From positions 224,001 through 288,000 of the forward strand of contig CBDCNQ010000005.1 of the NCBI GenBank assembly GCA_965219445.1: a DNA stretch of 64,000 bases, read 5' to 3'. The position numbers were made by a program, and so were the translations under genes. The stretch is from Longimicrobiales bacterium. Its GTDB lineage: Bacteria; Gemmatimonadota; Gemmatimonadetes; Longimicrobiales; Gaopeijiaceae. Positions 28,260 through 38,152 of the stretch are shown here, piece by piece. Numbering within the stretch: position 1 is the first letter of the stretch; each line of letters begins with the position of its first letter. Under the pieces are notes generated by a model. That model saw nothing but the letters and a program-made list of their open reading frames with translations, had not been told where the DNA came from and did not search any database.

Positions 28260-28692
28260 AGCGCGCAAGTTCCCTCCTCCGCGCTGCGGAGCGGCGCCGT
28301 AAGCGGAGTGAGCATCGGTCGCTGAGTCCTCTGACTTGGTTTCCGTTAGCAGGTGCGAGCGCAGTGAGCTCTGCACCAAACACTTATCGAGGTTTAACCG
28401 CCGGATCTCCCTCGAGGCGAGCTCGAAGGCGGCGGAGCAGGAGCCTGCTGGCCGCTCCTACGACCTAGAAATTCATCTGTGCCCTCGTGCCGTCCGACTC
28501 CATTCAAGGAGAGCAGGCTCGGGCCGTGAGGCGGCGGGCCAGTTAGCTCCGGGCTCGGGTGAGGGGCAGAGTCCTGAGTGAGACCGACTCGATGTGTGGG
28601 GAGGGGAGGAGGCGTCCAATCAAGCGAGGCGGCTGTCAGGCATCCGGTGCCCGCTCGAGTTAGAAATCAAGGCTCACAACCTCCCCTCCCCG
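28260..28692 (-). ncRNA. Putative bridge/seek RNA of the IS1111-type element
   Basis: Long structured non-coding end with a donor-matching GATAAGTG (28381-28388) and attC-matching TAAC/CTTG segments in two repeated loops. Confidence 0.65.
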
Positions 28693-29739
28693 TCAGGTGC
28701 GTGTATAGAAGCGTTCGGTGTCGAATGCCTCCCGGTTCTTGAGCATGAAGTAGGTGGCGCGTCCGATGCGAGCCGCAAGGATGCTGAGCGCCTTGCCCTT
28801 GCCGTGGCGGCGCGCGAGCCTCTTGAGATGGGCCTGGCCGCGGACGTTGTCGCGAAGGAAGAGGACGGCCGCCTCACTGAACGCCCACTTGAGGTGTGCG
28901 TTGCCGATCTTGGCTCCTCCGCTGCCGACTCGCTTGCCTGCACTGCGGTGCTCGGGCTTGGCGAGTCGACAGTAGGAGCTGAAGCGCTGCACCGTGCTGA
29001 AGCGAGCGATGTCGTGGATCTCATAGAGCAGCGTGAGGGCCAGGATGCGGCCAATGCCGGGGATGGTTCGCAGCCGCTGCAGCGTGTCGTGGTCGTGGAC
29101 GCGGGCTTCTTCTTCGATCGTGCGCTCGAGTTCTCGGATCACGGGGTCGAAGCGATCCGCGAGTGCGAGATCCGCCTCGATGGTCCTCTGGATCATGCGA
29201 TCGTCGAATGCCTGGGCCAGTCCCTCGCGGTTCTTCTTATAGAGGAGCTGACCGGAGGGCCGAGGCAGGTTGTACTGATGAAAGGTGTTACGGACGTGGG
29301 CGAGGAGTTCGCCGCGCTTGCGTACGAAGTAGAGTCGGCGCCGGAGCACATCGCGCGTGGCTCGCATCTGCGGGGGATAGACGTAGGCCACCGGAAAGGC
29401 ACCCCCGCGCAGCAGCACCGCCGTCTTGTGGGAGTCGATGTGGTCGTTCTTCGCCTTGGCCCCATGGATCGCCTTCATGTAGAGCGCATGGCCGAGCACG
29501 AAGGGGATCTGCTCGCGAGCACAGAGATCGGCGAGCCAGTACCAGCAGAAGATGCACTCGCTGCCCACGACGAGATCTGAACGGTACGGCTCGAGGGCGC
29601 GAAGCAGTGCCTCGCCCTCACAGCGTAGCCTCTTGTGTAGTCGTATCTTGCCCTGGCAGTCCAGGATACAGAGGTAGAGCGTGCGAGCGTGAAGGTCGAT
29701 GCCACAGTAGTATCGATGCTGGCCGGTGTAGAAGCGCAT
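28693..29739 (-). CDS. IS110-family recombinase/transposase
   Basis: CGIDLH, VVGSE, KNDHIDS (DEDD), TIPGIG, HRSAG, GNAHLKWAF. Confidence 0.95.
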   Translation of the reverse strand: MRFYTGQHRYYCGIDLHARTLYLCILDCQGKIRLHKRLRCEGEALLRALEPYRSDLVVGSECIFCWYWLADLCAREQIPFVLGHALYMKAIHGAKAKNDHIDSHKTAVLLRGGAFPVAYVYPPQMRATRDVLRRRLYFVRKRGELLAHVRNTFHQYNLPRPSGQLLYKKNREGLAQAFDDRMIQRTIEADLALADRFDPVIRELERTIEEEARVHDHDTLQRLRTIPGIGRILALTLLYEIHDIARFSTVQRFSSYCRLAKPEHRSAGKRVGSGGAKIGNAHLKWAFSEAAVLFLRDNVRGQAHLKRLARRHGKGKALSILAARIGRATYFMLKNREAFDTERFYTRT

Positions 29740-29947
29740 GGTTCCCCTCCTGGGTTGGATGGATCGAGCGTCGCGCTCTGATCATTCCGTCCTCTCTCTG
29801 AGAGGTCCAGGAGGGGGCCTGCATGAGTATCAAGCGATTGCTGCAGTCGCGGCAACCATCGACCTCGCGCGCTACGCTTGCGGTCACCACATTAGCCGCA
29901 CAGCAGAATCGCAGATCCGTTAGATAGCTCCTACAGGCCGGTACCGT

Positions 29948-30778
29948 ATGCTTGTCAGCCTTAGACCGTCGTTGCGCCATCTTTTGGCGGCGACCCTCAT
30001 GTTTGGGGCGTGCACCGAAGCTGCGGAACAAATCAATGAACCGGATCACTCCGAGGCCATTGCACGCGTCTTCACGGGGCTTCGCTCCGAGCTAGCCGTC
30101 CGCGGAAGGCCCGCTCCAACGACCCATTCGCTCGAGGCCCGGATGGTGGAGTACGACGTGCCGGGCGTCTCGGTCGCGGTTGCGGACGGAGGTCATCTGG
30201 TGTGGGCTCGTGGCTTCGGCGTGAAGGAGCGCGGCAGACCCGACTCTGTGGACGACGCGACGTTATTCCAGGCTGCATCGGTCTCGAAGCCGATTGCCGC
30301 TACTGCTGTGCTCAAGATGGTGGAAGACGGGAGGCTCGACCTCGACACCCCGGTGAACGAGTATCTCACTAGTTGGCAGTTGCCCACCAATGCCCTTACG
30401 GCTGAGGAGCCTGTAACGCTTCGTCGCATCGTCTCTCATGGCGCGGGAACGACGGTCTGGGGATTCGCAGGCTATAGGACTACGGCCCAGCTCCCGACGG
30501 TTCCGCAGATCTTGGACGGGCAGCCACCCGCGAACAACCCAGCCGTCCGCGTTGACCTGATGCCTGGGCAGACGTGGCGGTACTCGGGTGGTGGGGTAAC
30601 TATCGGGCAGTTGGTGATTGCCGACGTAGCGAGGGTCCCGTTCTCAGATGTCCTGGACGAGCTAGTCCTGGGTCCTTTCGGGATGGTTCGTAGTACGTTT
30701 GCTCAGCCGCTTCCGACGAATCGGCAGCACGAGCCCGCTGCAGGCCATCAAGCTGACGGGACAGTGGTGCCGGGTCGG
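29948..30778 (+). pseudogene. Serine hydrolase (beta-lactamase/PBP-like) gene cassette, 3'-truncated
   Basis: VPGVSVAV, FQAASVSK, RYSGGG; starts 22 bp after GTTAGAT; fused to the second IS110 at TCGG. Confidence 0.85.
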
Positions 30779-31666
30779 ATGGGACGCAGCCCGGACTGTG
30801 AGGAGCGTGGGAGCGACACCGGCATAGCTTACGAGGTGCCCCGGTGTACGAAATCGTTTGATGGGCAACGTCTCGGTGGCGATGAGCAATGCCCGGTAGG
30901 GACCGATGCCCGGGACGGTCTCGAGTAGGGCCACTGCCGGGATCTCGCGGCCCACGTGCTCCACTCTGCGATCGAGGGTTTTGATCATCGGTGCGAGCTG
31001 ATCGATGAGCTCCCACTGCATGTCGATGAACAGACGCCGCTCGTCCCCGAGCAGGGGCCACGCCACATCATGCACCCACTGGCGTCCATCCTGGGTGAGC
31101 AGACACCCACGCTCCAGATGAAGCCCGACGTTGTGGATCTGGGCGTGGATGCGGTTCACCATGCGCGTGCGTTCGCGTACGAGTCGCGCCCGGTTGCGTA
31201 GCAGTACCGCCTGCTCCCGCTGCTCGACGCACTTCGGATGGACCTCGGGGATGAGGCCCGCGAGCCGCATACGCGCCAACAACTCGGCGTCGATATCGTC
31301 ACTCTTGTAGTTGGACTCGGCGATGACTCGAAGCCGCTTGGCGTGAGCGAGCACGAAGTCGATCCCCCGCTCCCCGAGTCGATCGAAGAGCCACGGCCAG
31401 GCCGGACTCGTCTCGACGACCACCTCCAGGGGCTGATACTGCTGAAGTAGATCATCGAGTCGATCCTCTTGCGTGTTCTTGATCCGGATGGGTCCGGCCA
31501 CCAGCTGACCTGTATTGCTCACGATGGCGATCACCGAATACGTTGCGTGAGCATCGATTCCTGCGACAAACATGGCTGGCCTCCTTGGGTTGGGTGCCGC
31601 AGGCCTTTGAGCAAAGATCAGCGTAACGCCACGCTCGAGTGAGGTCAGCCTTTCGCCTTATAAGAT
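30775..31666 (-). mobile_element. Second IS110-family element, inserted in attC-2, 3'-deleted
   Basis: Transposase from 31573: AGIDAH, VVVE, KSDDIDA, TVPGIG, then after a frameshift APRSSQSGLRPIR; its left end abuts the attC right arm. Confidence 0.88.
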
Positions 31667-31687
31667 CAGAATCGCAGAGGGTTAGAG
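31667..31687 (+). other. attC site 2, right arm (L'-R')
   Basis: CAGAATCGCAGAGG-GTTAGAG, nearly identical to the attC-1 arm CAGAATCGCAGATCC-GTTAGAT. Confidence 0.8.
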
Positions 31688-31804
31688 AGCACAGGATCAG
31701 CCTTACTCGTTGCTTCCGGCAGAGGAACTCATGACGGTCAGGAATCATGGGCATTGAGGTACGCCGGAACCTGTCAACGCCAGTGAGACACTCTTGGAAA
31801 TCAA

Positions 31805-32812
31805 TTAGAGAGCAATCTCCTGTGTCGTGAGGGATGGGGTGGGAGGATTGATCCAGACGGCCTCCGGGAGTGGTTTAGGCTTCGGCTCACCGGAGACGAA
31901 GCGCTCGGGATGAGCGGCCCATGCCTCACGGAGCACGGCCTTCCTGCAGGCGATGATCCGATCGGCGTGACCGAAGTGGACCTGTTCGGGGGTCAGCATC
32001 GAGATGCCGCCATGGCGGTGCTCGGCATTATACCAACGGAAGAACGAGCGACAGAAGGTCTTGGCTTGCCCCTGATCCCCGAACCGGCCGGGAAACGAGG
32101 GATGGTACTTCAAGGTCTTGAACTGAGCCTCGGAGAACGGATTGTCATCCGAGACCTGGGGTCGGCCCAACGAGCGGGTCACGCCGAGATCGGCGAGTAG
32201 TTGAGCCGTGCATTGGCTCGTCATCGGAGCCCCTCGATCGGAATGCAGGGTCAGGAGGTGGGGCTGGACGCCATGCTTCAAGCAACTCTGCTGGATCAGC
32301 CGGCTGGCCAGGGCAGAGTTCTCCCGATCCGCCACCATCCATCCCACGACGTAGCGGCTGAAGATGTCCAGGATCACGTAGAGGTAGAAGTAACTCCACT
32401 TCTTCGGCCCCAGCAGCCGGGTGATATCCCAGGACCAGACCTGGTTCGGGCCCCTCGCCATCAACTCGGGCTTCTGGTATTTGGGATGACTCCGCTGCGC
32501 TCGACGCTCCTGAACCGGCACCTGGGAAGCCAGAACGCGATACATCGTACGCTCGCTGCACAGGTAGACGTCCTCGTCGAGCAGCGTCGCCACCACCTCG
32601 GCTGGGGACCGGTCCACGAACCGCTCCGAACACAGGGTGTCGAAAATCTTGTCCCGCTCCCTCTCACTTAAGGCCCGGGCGGGGGTCGGGCGGGGCTGCT
32701 GATGCCCGGTCGATGCACTCCGACGACGGTAGAACGTGGCTCGCGGCACCCTGAGCGCATCGCACGCGGGCTTCACCCCTACGTGCTTGGCTAGCTCCTG
32801 GGTCGCCTTCAT
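31805..32812 (-). CDS. IS3 OrfB transposase
   Basis: Intact rve DDE domain. Confidence 0.9.
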   Translation of the reverse strand: MKATQELAKHVGVKPACDALRVPRATFYRRRSASTGHQQPRPTPARALSERERDKIFDTLCSERFVDRSPAEVVATLLDEDVYLCSERTMYRVLASQVPVQERRAQRSHPKYQKPELMARGPNQVWSWDITRLLGPKKWSYFYLYVILDIFSRYVVGWMVADRENSALASRLIQQSCLKHGVQPHLLTLHSDRGAPMTSQCTAQLLADLGVTRSLGRPQVSDDNPFSEAQFKTLKYHPSFPGRFGDQGQAKTFCRSFFRWYNAEHRHGGISMLTPEQVHFGHADRIIACRKAVLREAWAAHPERFVSGEPKPKPLPEAVWINPPTPSLTTQEIAL

Positions 32813-33258
32813 GAGTTCGTCCCGTCCTCGAGGCTCAATCCCAGCAGCCCTGCAACTTTTCCCTGGACGTCGATGATCAAGTGCGCCTTCTGGAGCTCCT
32901 TCTCGAGGCGAGTGTTCTCGCGCTCCAGCTTGCGCACCTTCTCCTCCAGCGGATTGCGCTCGCGCTTACGGCCTCGTTTCTTCGACAGCGCTTTCAGGGA
33001 CCCGCTATGCGCCGCCTTGCGCCATGTCGTCAGGTGCGACGAGTACAAGCCCTCCCGCCGTAGGAGTCGGCCAACCTCTCCGGGCTCCGTGCACCGGTCC
33101 GCTTCTTCGACGATCCGCAGCTTGTACGACGGAGCGAACCGCCGGCGCAGCGGCCTATCTACCACCTCCGAGTCCGCAGGAGCTGCCGCGCTTCGCTTAC
33201 CGTCCCAGGTTGGTGGGGCTATTCCATTCTCTTTCATTCTCTCTCGGTGTCTCAGCAT
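32809..33258 (-). CDS. IS3 OrfA
   Basis: Protein identical to that of 23270-23719. Confidence 0.88.
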   Translation of the reverse strand: MLRHRERMKENGIAPPTWDGKRSAAAPADSEVVDRPLRRRFAPSYKLRIVEEADRCTEPGEVGRLLRREGLYSSHLTTWRKAAHSGSLKALSKKRGRKRERNPLEEKVRKLERENTRLEKELQKAHLIIDVQGKVAGLLGLSLEDGTNS

Positions 33259-34054
33259 CCTCGGTTTCTCTGCCTTCGCCCTACTCTAATTCCTTAGCTG
33301 CTCCGTGTCTCACGTAAGTTGGCAGAGAGGGCGCCAGCTTGGACCGCAAGACGTTGACGAGTACGTCGTGCTTCGACGTGAATCGCTCAAAGACAGTCCA
33401 CTAGCGTTCGCCGCCTCTCCTGAAACGGATCGCGGAGCGTCGCCTGACTTCATTCGGGAAGACCTAACCAATCCGCGGTCCGCAATATTCGGCGCTTTCG
33501 ATCCCGATCTCTTCGGCGTCGCCGGGATCGTCGCCAGCAAAGGAAAATCTTCACATACCGCTCACATCTGGGGCATGTATGTGAAGCCGGTTCATCGAGG
33601 TGCGGGCGCGGGGCGGGCTCTGCTCGAGGCGGTGACTCAGTTCGCTGCGGAATTAGAGGCCGTGGAACAGATCCAACTGAGTGTGGCAGAAAGCGCGAGT
33701 GCGGCTCACGGCCTTTACCTATCTGCTGGATTCGAGACATGGGGAACGGAGCCTGACGGTCTTCGGCATGGCTTCGCATCGGTCGCCGTCTTGCACATGG
33801 TAAAGAAAGTCCCGGGCCGCGCTCTCTAACACCACTAAGAAGGACCGGAGGGCAGCCGACAGTGCGCCTCTAAGCCACGAGGACGCTCTAGGCTACGCAG
33901 GATACCGAATAAATACCGAAGACACTTAGAACGCAAATACAGGCTTCTGAAAGGGTTCTGCTTGCGCCTACCGGTCCACTGTCGGATGTTGAGCGCAGTC
34001 TGATCCTCCCACGCCGAGGACATCGGCTCGTCAAGCAACCAAGAGGAGCTTCAC

Positions 34055-34399
34055 ATGCCTGCCACAACCTTCGCCGTACCTCTATTGCCTGGAACGACCG
34101 AGGCCTGGAAGCAGGCCGCAGCAGAGATGACTGGCCCTCGCAGGGCTGAGTTCGAGGAGTCGCGCCGGCGCATGGGTCTGACCCGTGAGGTGGTGAGCCT
34201 CCAGCAAACACCCGAAGGAGATTACGTGGTTGTTTGCATCGAAGGAGATGACCCTGATGGGGTGGTATCGAAATATCTGAACTCGGACGCGCCATTCGAT
34301 CGTTGGTTCGCCGAGACGATACTCATCGGTACTCACGGGATGGATGCTTCGCAGGAGCCACCTCCTCCCAATCAGGTCTTCGTCGATTGGCGGGCGTAG
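34055..34399 (+). CDS. Conserved hypothetical protein
   Basis: GAGGAG RBS; globular 114-aa sequence. Confidence 0.7.
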   Translation: MPATTFAVPLLPGTTEAWKQAAAEMTGPRRAEFEESRRRMGLTREVVSLQQTPEGDYVVVCIEGDDPDGVVSKYLNSDAPFDRWFAETILIGTHGMDASQEPPPPNQVFVDWRA

Positions 34400-34449
34400 C
34401 GGAGCAGCGAGTAGCATGTTGCTCGCTCTGATCTCGCCGAGCTAACACG

Positions 34450-34560
34450 ATGTCCGATCCAGTCGCCCGTCTCAACGCGGCTCTACAGGGTCGCTACCGC
34501 ATCGAGTCCGAACTCGGTGAAGGCGGCATGGCTATGGTGTACTTGGCCGAGGACGAGCGT
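34450..34560 (+). pseudogene. N-terminal stub of a Ser/Thr protein kinase
   Basis: MSDPVARLNAALQGRYRIESELGEGGMAMVYLAED, then similarity is lost. Confidence 0.8.
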
Positions 34561-34637
34561 GCACCTTGGGCTGGCGACGGCCTCGCAGGGGGAGGTTCCT
34601 GACAGCAGGGTGCCAAACTCGCAAAAGCGTCTTTGAA

Positions 34638-35410
34638 ATGCCTATCCCTACTTCCATAGCCCGCGCCAGGCGTCATCTCATGGCGACGATCGTGGTGTCG
34701 ATCACTCTCTCTCTGTCGACACAGGGGAAGGCGGACGCCCAGGCTCCGAGCCTATCGATGAACCTCGAGTGGTGGCACCCGTTCGCCGCCGGTGCCGGGG
34801 TAGCCACCCTCTTCCTGATCGATGAGCCCGTCCGCGACTTCCTCCAGGATCATCGGAGCGATGGGCTCAATGACCTGGGGGACGTCACGACGCACTTCAT
34901 GGACCCAGAGAAGTGTTTTGGATCTCGGGCGGCAGCGCCATCGCGCTCGGCCTGATCACGCAGGAGCCGAAAGTGACCGCCACGGGAGCGCACATCCTCG
35001 CCGCGTACGGCATTTCGTCGTGGATGATGATCGGCACGAAGTGGGCGTTCGGGCGATCACGCCCGTCGGACACTCCGGACGATCCGACCAACTTCGACTG
35101 GTTCGATGGTGGCGAGAACTCAGCCTTCCCGTCTGGAAGCGCCACTGTCGTCTTCAGCCTCGCCACCACGGTCGCCGACGCCGTCGACCGAAGGCCAGTG
35201 TCCGTTGTGTTGTACACGGGCGCCACCTTGAACGCCTGGGCCCGCCTGAACAGCGACCGGCACTGGTTGAGCGACGTCACGCTCGGCGCGCTGTACGGGG
35301 TGACGGCCGCCAAGCTCGTCAACGGCGAGTGGACAATCTTCGGCCTCGAGCTGCCGGCGATGTGGACGGATGGGCGCTCGGTGGGGCTGGGCTACACCCT
35401 CAGGTTCTGA
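34638..35410 (+). pseudogene. PAP2-family phosphatase with a frameshift near 34910 (possibly a sequencing error)
   Basis: K...GRSRP, AFPSG, ARLNSDRHWLSDV motifs. Confidence 0.75.
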
Positions 35411-35430
35411 CGCCTTGGATGATAGAAGCG

Positions 35431-35468
35431 AGGCGGCCACCTCCATCGTTCGGAGGTGGCCGTCTTCT
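35431..35468 (+). terminator. Probable terminator hairpin
   Basis: AGGCGGCCACCTCC / GGAGGTGGCCGTCT stem just after the PAP2 stop. Confidence 0.5.
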
Positions 35469-36037
35469 CGTTCAGGACGCACCTTCGAGCAATCAGCGAG
35501 CCGCCCCAGCATCGTTCGATCTAAGGATTCTTCAACGACCGAGTCGCAACTATTCATTACATCCGCCCTCGCAATTTTTCCGGTTTTCGATTTTCGGTGT
35601 TCTCGTCTGAGACTGTAAGGCGGGTGGTTGTGGAATAGACCTTCCCCCTACGCACTCTGCACTCGCGTACTACGTCATTCGACGGCCAGGTGGTGGACGA
35701 AGAGGATGCCCAGCGGGGCGCACATGCGCAGGAGCTGGAGGAGTGCGGCTTCGACGTGTAGGGGTAGACCTTCCTCGCACAGGCCGCCGGATCGGGTTGC
35801 ACGCCATGGGCTTCGCCGCCTCCCTAAAGAGAGAGAGCAAGGTATTCGCAAGGGTAGGGGGCGGCAACCGAGAGAGGCGTGAGATCGCCGGCAAACCGGA
35901 GAACCAGCCGCCCCGCATCCGCACCGCCCGATGAGGGCGTTCTAACCAGCGATGGCTACTGACGTGGGGTCCGGCTAGATTGGGGGTGGTCACCACCGTA
36001 GCCGCGCAGCAGGAAGTAACGTAAAGCCGACTTATAA

Positions 36038-36937
36038 TTGGAGTGTTTGGTGCGGGCATTGTCAGTCTCTTTGAGTGCCGTCGCGCTTACGCTCCTCACG
36101 GCTGGGCCCGGTCCGTGGGACGACCCCTCGCGTGAGGAGCGCCCGGCCAGAACAGGTGAGCCGGTCGAATACACGTCTTTTCTGAGTCCGGCGGCGCTTT
36201 CCAGGGCCTTGGGGCTCGGCAGGTCGAACACCGCACCGGACGGAGCCACCCAGCAGGCAGAGGGAGTGCCGCGCGAGTTCTACTTCTCACGCGTTGCGTA
36301 TTCAGGATACGGGAGAGGGTACGGGCGGGGTTGGGGAAGATGGGCCACGGACTACCCGAAGGCTGACCAGATCTTTCTCTCGTTCATCGACCGCTTGCTC
36401 TCGAACCTCGACGCCTTCGAGCGTGAGCACCCCGTCCGTTTGGACGACCCTGGGGTCAGACGCTTCCCCTTCCTCTACGCTCTCGAGGTCGGTAGCATGG
36501 CCCTCACCGAGCCAGAAATCGCTGGGCTCCGGGACTACCTCCTCGCCGGAGGTTTTCTGGTCATCGACGACTTCTGGGGTTCGAGACAGTGGGCCAACTG
36601 GGAGAACGAGATCCGATCGGTGCTTCCCGGCTACGAGATTGTCGACCTGTCCCTCGACCATCCGATCTTCACGGCCTTCTACGAGATCGACGAGATCCTT
36701 CAAGTCCCCAACGTCCGCAACGGCATCCGTGGCGGGCCGACGCACCAGTCAGACGGGTACGTCCCCATGGTCAAAGGGATCCACGACGAGAACGGCCGAC
36801 TGATGGTGGTCATCAACTGGAACACCGACCTCGGCGACGCCTGGGAGTGGGCGGACAATCCCCGCTACCCCCTCAAGTACTCGACTTATGCGTACGAGAT
36901 GGGCGTGAATATGATCGTCTACGCGATGAGTCACTGA
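36038..36937 (+). CDS. DUF4159 domain protein
   Basis: WATDYPKAD, LRDYLLAGGFLVIDDFWG, NTDLGDAWE. Confidence 0.85.
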   Translation: MECLVRALSVSLSAVALTLLTAGPGPWDDPSREERPARTGEPVEYTSFLSPAALSRALGLGRSNTAPDGATQQAEGVPREFYFSRVAYSGYGRGYGRGWGRWATDYPKADQIFLSFIDRLLSNLDAFEREHPVRLDDPGVRRFPFLYALEVGSMALTEPEIAGLRDYLLAGGFLVIDDFWGSRQWANWENEIRSVLPGYEIVDLSLDHPIFTAFYEIDEILQVPNVRNGIRGGPTHQSDGYVPMVKGIHDENGRLMVVINWNTDLGDAWEWADNPRYPLKYSTYAYEMGVNMIVYAMSH

Positions 36938-37029
36938 CTCGAGACATTTCTTCCGTTCGGCGGGCTGGGCACCTATGATGGCCGGGCCCGTCTCTGCTCC
37001 GACCACCTGCTTTCCTGCAAGGAGCCCGT

Positions 37030-38115
37030 ATGTCGCTGGACCACTATGTCACCCTCGGACGGTCCGGCCTCCGGGTCAGCCCGTTCTGTCTCGGCGCGAT
37101 GACGTTCGGAGAGGACTGGGGATGGGGCTCGAGCGTTGCCGACGCCGAAGCCATCTTGACGCGGTACATGGAGGAGGGCGGAAACTTCATCGACACCGCC
37201 AACTTCTACACCAAGGGGCACTCGGAGAAAATCATCGGTGACTACATCCGCCAGCGCGGGCTACGGCGCGACCAGCTCGTGATCGGAACCAAGTTCTTCT
37301 CCAACCTCTTTCCGTCCGACCCGAACGCCGGGGGGGCCAGCCGCAAGTCGCTGACTGCTGCCTGCGACGAGTCGCTGCGGCGGATGCAGACCGACTACAT
37401 CGACCTCTACTGGATGCACCTGTGGGACCGGTTCACCCCGATCGACGAGACCATGCGCGCACTCGATGACCTCGTGACTGCAGGTAAGGTCCGGTACATT
37501 GGGTTCTCTGACACGCCGGCGTGGAAGGTGGCGCAAGCGCAGGTCACGGCGGCCTTTCGCGACTGGACGCCGCTCGTCGCTCTACAGATCGAATACTCGC
37601 TGATCGAGCGCACGGTCGAAGGCGAGTTGGTCCCGATGGCCCAGGAGCTCGGTCTCGGAATCACTCCTTGGTCGCCGCTGCGGGGCGGCGTGCTGACGGG
37701 AAAATACACCCGTGAGAACCTAGAGGAGGTCGAGCCGGGGCGCGGTGAGCGTGTCACAGCGTTCCTGACCGAGCGGACGTTCAAAATAATCGATGAGCTG
37801 GTTCGCATCGCCGCGGAGCACGATACGAGCCCGGCGGCGATCGCTCTGGCCTGGGTGCAGGCGAGACCGGGTGTCGACTCGACCATCATCGGCGCTCGCA
37901 CGATGGCTCAGCTCGAGAGCAATCTCGTCGGACTAGGTGTGACGTTGGACGAGGCCCAGAGGGCAGCGCTCGACGAGCTATCGGCGCCGACCCTGGGCTT
38001 CCCGATTCGGTTCCTCAAGATGGCTCAGAACTTCATGCATGCGGGGGCGACGGTCGACGGAGTGCCGTCGGAGCCTATTCCATTGGCGCCGGTGAGCGAC
38101 GAGGAGAGGTATTAG
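37030..38115 (+). CDS. Aldo/keto reductase
   Basis: LGRSGLRVSPFCLGAM, IDTANFY, TDYIDLY, GKVRYIG. Confidence 0.95.
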   Translation: MSLDHYVTLGRSGLRVSPFCLGAMTFGEDWGWGSSVADAEAILTRYMEEGGNFIDTANFYTKGHSEKIIGDYIRQRGLRRDQLVIGTKFFSNLFPSDPNAGGASRKSLTAACDESLRRMQTDYIDLYWMHLWDRFTPIDETMRALDDLVTAGKVRYIGFSDTPAWKVAQAQVTAAFRDWTPLVALQIEYSLIERTVEGELVPMAQELGLGITPWSPLRGGVLTGKYTRENLEEVEPGRGERVTAFLTERTFKIIDELVRIAAEHDTSPAAIALAWVQARPGVDSTIIGARTMAQLESNLVGLGVTLDEAQRAALDELSAPTLGFPIRFLKMAQNFMHAGATVDGVPSEPIPLAPVSDEERY

Positions 38116-38152
38116 GCCCGGATGCGACTGCCGGCGATTGAAGGAGGCCAGC

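Larger units (their letters stand above)
28237..29830 (-). mobile_element. IS110-family (IS1111-type) element inserted in attC-1
   Basis: CA core at both ends (28235-36, 29831-32); sub-terminal IRs 28240-28250/29813-29824; circularisation would form TTGACT-17-GATACT. Confidence 0.9.
28229..29925 (+). other. attC site 1 (101 bp when reconstituted), split by an IS110-family element
   Basis: GCATAAC-AAGCG-ATT(G)CTGC...GCAGAAT-CGCAGATCC-GTTAGAT: R'' 28229-28235, L''/L' with one extra base, R' 29919-29925. Confidence 0.85.
31765..33331 (-). mobile_element. IS3-family element, copy 2, complete
   Basis: IRs TGCCAACTTACGTGAGACAC / TGTCAACGCCAGTGAGACAC lie 7 bp inside the ends; TSD CGC at 31762-64 and 33332-34. 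Confidence 0.9.
31747..33829 (+). pseudogene. GNAT acetyltransferase gene cassette split by IS3
   Basis: Removing the IS and one CGC gives MGIEVRQLGPQD...IWGMYVKPVHRGAGAG; the cassette starts GTTAGAG and ends with its complement CTCTAAC (33824-33830). Confidence 0.88.

Noticed and set aside
23197..33331. Composite transposon or inversion bounded by the inverted IS3 copies
   Set aside because: Copy 2 keeps its own matching TSD inside the GNAT gene, so it is an independent insertion with no exchange of flanks
33831..34030. Complete third attC after the GNAT cassette
   Set aside because: Only the R'' box CTCTAAC is recognisable; I found no L boxes or R'
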